Origin: Octopus sinensis
Lineage: Eukaryota
NCBI RefSeq assembly: GCF_006345805.1
Contig: NC_043003.1
Coordinates: forward strand, 41,602,001 to 41,666,000
Direction: 5' to 3'
Length of the DNA: 64,000 nt
Notes under the pieces: model-generated
Seen by the model: the letters and a program-made list of their open reading frames with translations, nothing else
Told to the model about the DNA's origin: nothing
The model's database searches: none
Translations under genes and position numbers: made by a program
Shown here: positions 14,687 to 27,422 of the stretch, piece by piece
Numbering within the stretch: the stretch's first letter is position 1
Layout of the letters: every line of letters starts with the position of its first letter

Positions 14687-15000
14687 TATATATACCAATT
14701 AAGGACTGAACACGAAAAGTGGACAGTCAACATGCTAGATATAGACGTCAAATCGCCATTCACCACAAAAGATTATGTTCTCAGATCAAACTCAACACAA
14801 AACCATAGCAACAAACAAGTGAAAAATATACGAAATAAAATAATTATTTTATTTCGTATATTTTTCACTTGTTTATTGCTATGGTTTTGTGTTGAGTTTG
14901 ATCTGAGAACATAATCTTTTGTGGTGAATGGCGATTTGACGTCTATATCTAGCATGTTGACTGTCCACTTTTCGTGTTCAGTCCTTAATTGGTATATATA
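14687..15000. repeat. 314-bp spacer-less palindrome (fold-back element) next to a (TA)n tract
   Basis: Positions i and 29687-i are complementary, with one mismatch seen (AGCAAC vs AGCAAT). The same 60-aa ORF appears on both strands. Confidence 0.95.
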
Positions 15001-15077
15001 AATATTTTAATCTTCGGATTCTTTTTTAATATGCTAGACCACTGGTCTTAATTGATAAATATCAATTTCTACCCTTA

Positions 15078-15128
<51 letters not shown>

Positions 15129-15146
15129 TATATATGTATATACATA

Positions 15147-15208
<62 letters not shown>

Positions 15209-15242
15209 TACATATATATATACATATATATATGTATGTTTG

Positions 15243-15273
<31 letters not shown>

Positions 15274-15570
15274 TATAAATATATGTGTAGGTATATATAA
15301 ACGTCTATATATGTATAAATATGTATACGTACGTATATATTTACGAGTGTGAGTGTGTTCATCCACTGTCCAAAGACTTGAGATTGAATTGAAAGATAAA
15401 TAATTTTTGGTGTACATAAGCTCTTATGACATGCAAACACATAGATCAACAGAAACCCACAATTAATTTGTTACGAATATATTAACTCTATAAATCTTTA
15501 TATGTATATATGTGTGTATGTGCGTGTGTGTCTTATGTCTGTGTGCGTATGTTTGTGTGTGCGTGTGTAT

Positions 15571-15638
<68 letters not shown>

Positions 15639-16012
15639 TGACATACTGTTCGACGAATTTTACGGTCTTAAATCTGGTCCGATTCTACATGAGGCTGATG
15701 AGATTCTCTTAGAACCGAGAGAGATTCAACTCTGTTAAATGTTCAAATAAATAAGATTTTTGTTAACGAAAATCGTAAACAAACTCCTGCACGAAGCATT
15801 GAGAACCGTTTTTTTGTACATGTAAGTACGGTGCTTATGAAAAAATAAACATACATATAGAACCATAAAAATATATATGCATATATCAAAATAATCAAAA
15901 GTATATCAAGTTATGATGCAGTACGACCGTTTCAAGCAGATCCATTTAATTGAACAATGCAATCATTACATCAGTGCCATATTTAGCTAAATGTATATAT
16001 ATATATATATAT

Positions 16013-16049
<37 letters not shown>

Positions 16050-16566
16050 GGGGGGAGAGAATTTTAACCAGTAGGACATATTAATTTAATTTTTCTCGAA
16101 TATTTTAACAGACCCAGAAGACGGAAGTAATTCATGTCGCTATTGTAGCTAAGAATAGAGTACACTTGCAAGAAACGCATGAAACCTATTGGGGTTAAAG
16201 TGTTGTGAGGGGATGTAATTCTTTTCTAATTCATTTATCCAGAATACTATGTGAATTTTGAATAAAGGACAAGAGCGAATTCACAGCTCATGGCAAGGTA
16301 TCGTCATAAATATTATCATATGTAACCCTTTTCCTCAGGGAAATATAAGAACATTAGGTATATGAAAATATAAAGAAAACGATGATATAATTAAAAGAGT
16401 AAATGTAGTCGTGAAAGAGAGTGACAGAGACCAAAATAATGAGAGTAAACAATGGGTTTATGAGGTTCATAAAACCATTCTACATAAACACAGTAGCCTT
16501 ATAAATAATATATAATATATAAATAATATATAAGCAAATAATATAATATGTGTGTGTGTGTGTAAT

Positions 16567-16924
16567 TTGTGGGGAGGGGATGAATCGATTACACCGACAC
16601 CGTGTATCACTGGTACATAATTTATTGACCCCGAAAGGATGAAAAGTAAAGTCGACCTTGGTGGAATTTGAACTAAGTACGTAGCGGCAGACGATATACC
16701 TATTTCTTTACTACCCACAAGGGGCAAACACAGAGAGGATAAACAAGGACAGGCAAACAGATTAAGTCGATTATATCGACCCCAGTGCGTAACTGGTACT
16801 TAATTTATCGACCCCGAAAGGATGAAAGGCAAAGTCGACCTCGCCGGAATTTGAACGTAGCAGCAGACAAAATACCGCTAAGCATTTCGCCCGACGTGCT
16901 AACGTTTCTGCCAGCTCGCCGCCT
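16567..16924 (-). mobile_element. family A SINE dimer (complete copy plus head-truncated copy)
   Basis: GGCGGCGAGCTGGCAGAAACG head and conserved body GTCGACTTTGCCTTTCATCCTTTCGGGGTCGATAAATTAAGTACCAG; junction at 16699/16700. Confidence 0.9.
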
Positions 16925-17819
16925 TACCCACGCATACATATTGAGATTCAAGCCCACGAAAGGAAATGAGAACATCATTCACATATGGATGTAAATCATC
17001 TGTGGACTCATTCGATAATTGTCCTGGATGTGCCTATTATCAAATGAAATATTTAGATGATATCATAAATATATCTCGGCTTCTAATTAAAACTTCATTG
17101 ATGACAACATCAATTCAATTCTGAAAGTCAACTGATATACTAAACCACCAGAGAAAACTTGAGAGATTGAGACTTGAGAGATTGTGTTGTGGAATACATA
17201 ATCAAACTCTTCGGATAATAATGAGATATGTATCCATTAGATAGCGATGTCATAATTATTGTGATTAAAGCAAAGCAACAAAATAAAATCTCCGAATTAG
17301 TATAACGCGATAGGGAAACCATTTAGTAGAAATAAATCTCAACCGAGCAGATCGTCGATGTAGTTAACCTGATACCGAACAATGGCTAAACGTGGGGGCA
17401 AAAGAAACAACTACCTCCATCGAATTTTAGGAAATCACTGGACATTAAGCGTCTTATTCTTCTGTAGTTTGTTGTATACACAACTGTAAAATAGTAATAG
17501 TAAACCTATGTCGGAGTATTGTTAAAAAAAAGTTCTCACTAGCAATAACACAAAAGCTGAAAATTCTGGAACAAGTAATGAATTGAAAGAGAATTAAATC
17601 TAGAGAAGACTTCTAGTGATGTAACCGCAGCAGAATCAAAGGTGTGATGTTTATCCACGCTACATCCAGAATTGGACAAATTTACAAGCAATACACAATG
17701 AAAATACGTTAAAATGTCAATGGAATCCATTACATCTCTACAAATCCTTCCATACCCATGTAGAGAAAAACCTATGTCACCTTCCACAGCACTCAGTGAC
17801 GAATAATGCGTACAACCAC

Positions 17820-18204
<385 letters not shown>

Positions 18205-18212
<8 letters not shown>

Positions 18213-18333
18213 GGTGTAGTGATTAAGACACCCGATGAAAGCTGGAGGATATATCAGCCGAAATGTTTCTGTTAACAACAAACAAGATGAGGACAAATAC
18301 CCATCAAATGTAAATAATGTAAATAATGTAAAT
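18205..18333 (+). mobile_element. internally deleted second copy of the same element, head-to-head with 17820-18212
   Basis: GCATATGGTGTAGTGATTAAG head is fused directly to ACACCCGATGAAAGCTGGAGGATATATCAGCCGAAATG and the TGTAAATAA tail. Confidence 0.75.
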
Positions 18334-20256
18334 CAACCGTCGTTAAATGTTAGCAATCCAAAAGCATGCGATATTGTTTTATTTAAAATGTCTACATTGT
18401 TCAAAGGAGAGCAGCATCTGTACAACGGCGACATCCAATCACCAATTCATGGAATATTTTAAAATCAAACGCTCTCACTTCAGACTTGCTCTCTCCCTCG
18501 TCACTGAAGGCCTTACTATAAAATTTGGAGAATGAGGTAGGCGTCCTTTTCACTTAGAATCCATGGGAGTCATTTTGACATATAAGAACGAGATAATTAT
18601 TTATATGATGTGAAATTGCCGAAGGGAAATTGATCGGTACCCATCAACATTAATACAGGGCGGAAATAACAGCAAAGCTTAGGCCAGTAAAGTCGTTTTA
18701 ATTGCAACTCGACACTTGAAAAGGTGCCGATTTCAAGTGATTGCACTGCTTTACATTAAACTGCTCGACCGTTTCATATGTCTCTCGTTTGTTTTACTCT
18801 GACTAGATTAGAGCACTTCATAATTTGGTTCTTGTGAAAGGAAACGTTTTCAGTTGTCACTTGCTGCCCAACTTGCTGCCGAAAACTCAATATATATTGA
18901 TCGATAATATGAAGAATTTTGCTGAAGCTCTATCATCTGCAAAGATTCATGGACTGTAATAGAGGTTGCTTTTGTCAAACACGTTTTACTAGAGCTCGTG
19001 TTTTTGAAGGAGCTGTAACCATCGGTTTAAATACCAAGCAATGCTATCTGGTACCCACTATGAGTCAGGGAAAGCGACGAATACAAACTTCACGTAAGTA
19101 TTTTTAAAGGACTATTTTGTGGGTAGATCAACGACCATAAAGAAAATTCTGATATTCACAAGAATCAGTAAGTTGGTCAGATCTATAAAATCTTTAATTA
19201 GGTACCATAGACAACCTCCAGAAATACAAGGCCTGGAAGAAGATATGAAAGATGGGGTGCACTACGGGTTCGAGATCTCTAAGCACTGGTACACTGTTAA
19301 CTTAAGATTGATCAAATGAACACAGACTTTGAATGCGTTCTGCTCGTTTTCTTTCAGTGCAAGAGAATCGTCGACTTACGGTTAATTGTGGAACAGCAAT
19401 TGCTGGGGATAGGCCTATATAATGAATCTTACGTGAAAATCACTGCCCTGCTTTCCTCCTGGTAGGCCGCTTCTCTCTATCTGCTGGTCGCAGTGTAACA
19501 TGAGTAGTTGATGCGACTGAATAAGGTGAAGTCTTACATTTTCTTCTTTGGCCAAGCTTTCATCAGCATTTTTTTTAAAAGCGTCACTGGGAGAAGACGG
19601 CAACGATAGAGTGGGATGCAATGCTCCTCAGTAATTTGAGTAAATGCCGGTGAAGAAGATGACCACACTCTAGCAATTTACTCAACTTCTATCCGTAAGC
19701 CGTGGAACGACAAGTGGGCGAAGGCAGTTAAACAGGGCAGCCAATATAATCCAGATACTGCTGCGTTCTTCGATTGGGTCTAAGCAATGGTTAATGCGCT
19801 GCAGAGAGTATACAATATTTGTACACTGTGTAGATTTTTACTTTCAATTACTTGTCTTTCACATATTCCATTTCAATGTAATCCGCCACTCCATGTCTAA
19901 CCAGATCATGCAATGTCCCTTTATTCGTCACCCTAGAAAGAAATTATTACAATTGTTACTACTAGTATTATCAGTAGCAATAATATGCCGTTGCTAAGTA
20001 TATGCTATTTATTGCTATTATTATTGTTGTGTGTCTTGTTGCTGTTCTTGTTGATGATGATGAGATGATGATCATAATGACAACGACGACAATGACGACG
20101 GCGATGAAGGTGAAACCGACGGCGATGGTGCACGAACCGCTCTCCTGAGTGTGGTCACTGTTTATATTAATTCCTTGTCGGAATGTCTTAGTTTTATTGC
20201 CGCGATTGTGAGGAACCTATGAATTAACTTGAATGTTTTATAGGATGGATATAATA

Positions 20257-20362
<106 letters not shown>

Positions 20363-20868
20363 CTATATTATATATAACATATATATATATAATATATATA
20401 TATACTGAACGAATAAAGGTAAGTAAACTCATATACATGCTAACATAGTGAGGCACGCAAGCACACAAGCCTGTATATGTGTGTGTGCGTGAGTGCGTGC
20501 GTTTGTGCGTGTGAGAAAGAGGGATAGAGAGAGAGAGAGAGAGAGAGGGGGTGTGTGAGTTGTGTGTGTCTGTGTGCACGTATGTGTGTTTGTGTTTGTG
20601 TGTATCGTGTATGTATATATTTATATAAATATACATACTTACATTCTAGCGGCTTCGGTCTTGCGTCTGTGTATGTCTATATCTCTATATTTTTATTTAT
20701 CAATCTAATATATTTCTGTACAGAAACCTATGTAATTTATGGCTATAGATATTATATATACAGGATCTATTCTTTCTCGTAATATGTTTTCTTATGACGC
20801 TTCACATAAAATGTACACATTTCTAAGCAACAGCTTATATTATAAAATGAATAATACATATATATATA

Positions 20869-20955
<87 letters not shown>

Positions 20956-21106
20956 CATTGACAGATAAATAGATAGATAGATAGATAGACATGCTTATAT
21001 ATTTCTCTCTCTCTCGCGCTCTCTCCCTCTCTCTCTCTATATATATATACATATATATATATATATAAATATATATATATAATATATATATATATATATA
21101 ATATAT

Positions 21107-21137
<31 letters not shown>

Positions 21138-23129
21138 ATATATATATATTATATATATATGTACATACATACATATACATGTGGACGAAGATTCAAAGGG
21201 GCATACATATAACAACAAATACATACCATTGTATATTGTACATGAATGTGTATTACAGGTGATTTTGCGTATATATATATCCCTGTTTTCACCCTTGCTT
21301 TGATATAGATAACTATCATAAAAAACTTATATGTAATATATAATCTAAGTAAAACAAAACCACGCTTATCCAATTACAAAATTCATATATACCTGCATCC
21401 ATACACACATACATGCATGCACGTTCGTGCAACTTACCCAAACGCAGCAAATATGTATGTATTGACTCAGGGAAAGGAAAGTAATAATTGGTGCTTTACG
21501 TTTCCCGAAGGATCAAAAGAAATCGAATGCGTTGTATAAAGCCTTTATTGTGTGACTATAATTTTGCGAAGATTCAAGATGAATTTTAAAAGTTTTCTGA
21601 TACCTGTTTTATTCTCTAACCGTAGCTTTCCTTGCATGAGCCAGATGTGAGACCCTGCAATTATCCTCCTTGTAATAGTAGTGAAACTAAGTGAAATCAG
21701 GCTAAAGAAAGGACAGTTTTTATAATGAGGGCTAAAAAATTTCGTGTGGTTGCATGTTGAAAATATCTGCTCATATGCCTTTTCGAATACAAATTGTATC
21801 CAGTGGGAATCATCAAACTTCAACGCAAACACTATGTTGCCATGAACAAAATAAAAAACAATTGAAGGGAACAACTCTTCTACCGCTCTCTCTTTTGGTC
21901 ACGCTCTCCCTCTCTTCTTCTTCCTTTTTCTCTCACTCTCTCTCTCTCTTTATCTTCCTTTCTAATATGAAAAGGAATAAGCTGGGTAGGCAAGAAATTA
22001 CATCACTTGAACAAAACGCCACCCTCTACTCAGTTAAGCGAGAAATAGTAACCAAACATCAGAAAATAATATACTACATTAAGGACTCCGAAAAGCTACC
22101 TGAAAAATTATAGATGAATCGAACATATTTGGTTACTGTTTAATCCCTTATGGGCTTCGACTAAATGTTATTAACATTATTATTTCATGTACCTTTAGTC
22201 GGCGATGTGGCAACGTCATTAGCATGTCGGATATAATGCTTTGCTGCAATTCGTCCGTCGGTGTGTTCTCTGAAGTTCAGTTTCCGATGAGTTCGGCCTT
22301 GGCTCCCTTCCCTTCGATGGCGATAAACAAAGTACCAGCTAAGCACCTGGGTTGATCTAATAAACTTAACCTATCCTCCGAAATTGTTGACTTTGTACCA
22401 ACATTTGAAACCATTATTTCATGTACCCTGTGCACTTCGTTAAAATTCTTAGACATGTCATGTATAGGGCAATTTATGCTTAATGCTGTTACCATTTCAC
22501 CTTTTGATGAAGCCTCTTCACATGCAATTTTTAAACGACGCGAGAATGAGAAACAGACTCGTGCACTTAAACTATCCTATTCTGAGTCGCTTAACTATAT
22601 GTCTCTGAAGGATCATCGAGCTAGAAGTTGGAATGGTTCATCGTATGTGAATGACATTATTTTTTCATGCTCTGACAGCAAGCGCTGCATAAAAGTCTAC
22701 TCTGTAATGCCAAAGCTATACGTTGATGTACACTGTATTGTAATTTTATTTAGTTCTGAAGGAGTAATAAGACGTGCTGAAATTCAATGTCAATGAAATC
22801 TAACATACAAAACCTGGCTATCTTTCCTCGTGACAAACGTTATTCGAAAGAAATTTAGAGCTACTACGAAGTGGCTAACACCGCAACTTACACTGAGCTA
22901 TTTAGTTACAGTCGACAGTTTATACGGCAATGCCAATGTAGTCTTAACCTAAATGTCTTGATAGCTTCTTTCACACTGCTTAATCTCAGCGGAGTTCAGT
23001 AAAATAATTGGATATCCAGAGTAACCAAATTATTGATAAAATACAGATCTGGTCCCATCAGAAAAATTAAAAGGGCTCGATGAAATTATTGAGACTATTT
23101 GGCAACACTGAAAAGTATCATCACCACCA

Positions 23130-23400
23130 ATCACTAGCACCAGCGCATGTTAAGATATATTCGTGTACATGAAATATACAGGAATATTAATTCTTTTTAG
23201 TAGAGATCATGTTTGAAGAAATGTGAAGTGCATTCGAAGGTTATGGATCAATTTCACAATAATATAATTTATAATACCAAGGGTGACACGAGGGTAATCC
23301 TAAATTCTCCTCTTGGTAAAATTACTTAAACTTCCTTTGCGAAATTTATTTTCAGTTCAATGCTCAATTTGTGATTTTTTACATGTTCAAGAAGAAGAGT
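23130..23400 (-). mobile_element. possible very old hAT transposase C-terminal remnant
   Basis: Fragments LKINFAKGSLSNF, DYPRV and .NMISTKK loosely resemble the hAT dimerisation domain; heavily disrupted. Confidence 0.3.
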
Positions 23401-24089
23401 TGAACTCATTTTAACTCATTCAAAACACATCAGACAAGATATGCTGTTGTAAGTCAGCTAATATAAATGAATTCACTCATTAACAATGTTGAAAATATAA
23501 TTAAATATTTAATGGAAAGAAAACTAGCCTAGTTGAGATTTCAGTTATTACTGTTAGCAAATATGAATAAGTTTAGTTCAGTTCCTATAAAAGGAGATAA
23601 TCTTCCTAAATAAGTGTCTCCTTCCACAACCAAGAGAAAAAATACAGTAAATCTACATGAAAACTGAGTACATTTACATAATCAGATAGAAAAATAAATG
23701 CTATAGGATAAAGATTACACAAGGATAAATATTATATTGCTAGGTTTTATTCAGTAACGTTTTGTAAGCTTTAGCTAATGGATCCTAAACTGAATTTCTG
23801 CATAAGACTCATATAACTCGCTTTCGAAACGAAGATGGCTTCTTCATATCAATTTTCTTTGCTTATTGGAATATATAGTGCAATAATATAAATTGACACA
23901 AGCACATAAACACATGAACAGTATGCATGTATATATAGATGCATATCCTTCGTCCATATATGTGTGTGAGGGGGTGTTCAGAGTGAGCAACAGTGAGGAG
24001 AGGGAGAAAAGATTACGATGTGATAAGAGAGTGAGCATGCTAAATAATTGTCAAAGAAATAATGTGCTAGACGGAATGCTCTTTGTTAG

Positions 24090-24129
<40 letters not shown>

Positions 24130-24599
24130 CATTGGTAAATTAAAATTTATGTAAGGTAAATGCGTACAAAAGAATCCTGAACAAATACGCAGATACATGC
24201 AACATCATATATTTGCATGCATTGAAATAGAAAGATACAGAATCAAATGAGAGGCAGGTAAATTACACCTACATTATATAAATGAGATATACTCCAATGA
24301 TATACACACACATGCACACATACCTGCACACATGCATATTCACACACATGCAGACATACACAAACAACGACGAATACACACACTTCTAAATAGGGGCACG
24401 TCTATGTATGTGTATATGTGTGTGTGAGTGTGTATGTGAGTCATATCACTGTTAGTGTTACTGGTAATATATAACCCATTACAAATGTCGCATGGTCCAG
24501 TCGTCGGCGATTAAACCGACAATCCTACCGAGCCTGCTTAGTAACTGTTGGTATGCCGGTATATATATTTATATATATACCTGTCAGGTGCCTTGTCCC

Positions 24600-24770
24600 G
24601 GCTTGCGAGGGTGATTGCCTCCCCTTTGCAAATATAAGGACACAGAAAATGTGTCAAAGCAGACAGGACACGTCGATGTTTCCTAGGGCTAAATGGCGGT
24701 TGTGTAATTCCCTTACGGGACTGTCACATTGAGTTGACAATATACGACCACTATATCGCTCCACCACCGC
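24600..24770 (+). mobile_element. partial copy of family D (structured non-coding element)
   Basis: AAGGACACAGAAAATGTGTCAA...TTCCTAGGGCTAAAT...TGTCACATTGAGTTGACA matches the reverse complement of about 34085-34240. Confidence 0.65.
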
Positions 24771-24947
24771 TTATGTCTCTCTGGGACATTTAGAAATTCA
24801 ATATTTCTAAATATATACATGCACACACACATTCGACCAAGAAGATAACATCGTTCCTTTACGTAGATACATACATACATACATACATACTACATACATA
24901 CATACATACATACATACATACATACATACATGCATACATACATACAT

Positions 24948-25340
24948 GTGAAGGCGCAATGGCCCAGTGGTTAGGGCAGCGGACTCGCGGTCATAGGATC
25001 GCGGTTTCGATTCCCAGACTGGGCGTTGTGAGTGTTTATCGAGCGAAAAAAACACCTAAAGCTCCACGAGGCTCCGGCAGGGGATGGTGGTGATCCCTGC
25101 TGTACTCTTTCACCACAACTTTCTCTCACTCTTACTTCCTGTTTCTGTTGTACCTGTATTTCAAAGGGCCGGCCTTGTCACTCTCTGTGTCACGCTGAAT
25201 ATCCCCGAGAACTGCGTTAAGGGTGCACGTGTCTGTGGAGTGCTCAGCCACTTACACGTTAATTTCACGAGCAGGCTGTTCCGTTGATTCGGATCAACCG
25301 GAACCCTCGTCGTCGTAACCGACGGAGTGCTTCCATCCAT
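24948..25340 (+). mobile_element. full-length tRNA-derived SINE, family C
   Basis: Near-identical to the reverse complement of 5590-5977; A and B boxes present. Confidence 0.9.
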
Positions 25341-25918
25341 AGGAATCTTGACAATTAGAGTTGAAAGTTCGCGCGATATTCACGGAAGATGGTATAAGAT
25401 GATTCACGAGGCCTCAGCTTTCAGTGAAATATCTCTGATTGTAGAAGCAACTCTAAGCTAATGAACCTGATTAAGTAACTCCTTTTCTTTCGTCTTTCAC
25501 CGATTTATATTCTGCTCTCTTCTCACCTCGGTCTTTACTATGAAATATTGCGTTCTAATCACTGATTATTAGTATCGTTATGCTTAACCAAAATCATAAA
25601 ATACATGTATGTAATCTATCTATCATTCTATCATTATATATATATATAAAAGCGATTTTGTAACAAACCGACAGTCTTATGACTAAAGCAAGAAAATGAT
25701 AACAGATAAAGGATAATTATATATGTTTGGGGGCATGTGTCTTTGAGTGTGTGTGTATGTGCATGTGTGTGTATATGCTTACGTGTGTGCATGTGTATGC
25801 TTACGTGTGTGTGTGCGTGGTTGGTGGGGGGACAGTGATATGTAGATTGATAGACAGACAAACAGATATCTATCTACCAATCTATGTATCTAACTATCTA
25901 TCTATCTATCTATCTATC

Positions 25919-25960
<42 letters not shown>

Positions 25961-26312
25961 CATACATACATACATACATACATAGATAGATATGTTCTCG
26001 GTATAATATATCGTAGCTTGACCTCAATATTCATTTCCAGAAAAATGAGCCTATTTATAATAATCATTTACAATGCACACACTATATTCATTTCAAAATA
26101 TTAATGTCATAAAATAAAAGGAACTTATGTAAAAAGATAAGTAACAAAGATGAAGTTACGTTAAATACAGCCTTCTGTGCGTAACGTCGAAGGAAATTTG
26201 CATAATTAAAAACGTATATAATCTTTTCTAACAAATATCTTTGTAATTCGTCTTTGGAATAGGGTAAAATGGAAACAGAGGTATTTAGAGAATTATATGT
26301 ATACATATATAT

Positions 26313-26388
<76 letters not shown>

Positions 26389-26391
<3 letters not shown>

Positions 26392-26531
26392 CTTAATAAT
26401 TAGGGTTCAGCAAAGATTTGCTTTACCACATACCGAAGTTTAGAAATAGCAGCCAAAAAAACCTTAGCTATTTCCTCTACTTTAAAGTATGTGGTAAAGC
26501 AAATTTTTGCTGAACCCTAATTATAAAGTAT
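26389..26531. repeat. ~143-bp fold-back element abutting (TA)n
   Basis: Arms 26389-26433 and 26487-26531 (TAATTAGGGTTCAGCAAA.ATTTGCTTTACCACATAC) are inverted repeats with about 2 mismatches. Confidence 0.85.
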
Positions 26532-26643
26532 TACTTAAGTTTACCGTGAAATGGTCCTTTTCATGCCGAATTCTACTTGGTGAACTCATTGATTACTTCT
26601 TAATTAATTAGTTTTACGCTTTGTTATTATATATATATATATG

Positions 26644-26721
<78 letters not shown>

Positions 26722-26791
26722 ACATATATAACTACACGTGGTGAACTGGTGATTTCTTCTTAATATCCTTGTCTAGACTTTCCCCGTTCAC

Positions 26792-26825
26792 CTTTCTGAC
26801 GAAGAGCTACTCTGGAAAAGTTAAA
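26792..26825 (+). ncRNA. degenerate minimal hammerhead-like remnant
   Basis: CTTT-CTGACGA-A-GAGC-TAC-TCTG-GAAA-AGTT-AAAC. The cores are intact but stems I, II and III all carry mismatches. Confidence 0.3.
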
Positions 26826-27058
26826 CTCTACTTTCACCGAGCGTCGAACTCATTTTCTTCTTGTGTACCACGTTCGTTTGATTTTTTTTTTCTTCGTTTT
26901 GTATTATTTTATTTGAATTAACCACACACACACACGCACATACATGACATACATACACAACACATGAAACATCATTTTATGTTTATTCTAATTTGTAAAC
27001 TTTTATATTTTTTATTAATTGACATTTTTACGTTTCAGGTACTATATGCGACTGTTTA

Positions 27059-27422
27059 ATGAAGTCTTGTAGAAAAGAAGCCTTGGAACTGTCTGAATTT
27101 CAAAGACGCCGCATTGTGGTTCATTCTGAAAGCGCACATAATCAGCGTAAAATCGTAGAAAATCTGGGGTTCCCGCATTCTGCAATTAATAGAATAATAG
27201 TGCAATTAACCAGAGAGGGGAAGGAGTCCACATCATCTCGCTCAGATTAACCAGGGCCCTCTTACAGGACCCTTCTCTTTCCTAAGAGAAGTGTGGAGGA
27301 TTATCATCGTTGCAAAGACTCTGATATAGTAGAACAAGTAGATGTCCTTCACAGAACAGTTGTTGGATATCTCCACAAACTTTGTTACTATGGCAGAGCA
27401 GCAAGAGGGAAGCCACTTCAAC
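27059..27422 (+). pseudogene. Tc1 transposase N-terminal half (HTH and linker), disrupted
   Basis: ELSEFQRRRIVV...[38 protein letters not shown] then RSVEDYHRCKDSDIVEQVDVLHRTVVGYLHKLCYYGRAARGKPL. Confidence 0.8.

Noticed and set aside
14732-14955. Identical 60-aa ORFs on both strands
   Set aside because: A consequence of the palindrome; the protein is not recognisable.
15695-15730. CTGATGAGATTC..GAACCGAGA
   Set aside because: GAAA, stem III and stem I are not satisfied.
24948-25030. tRNA genes here and at other SINE heads
   Set aside because: A and B boxes are present but no complete cloverleaf was seen, and each continues into a SINE body.
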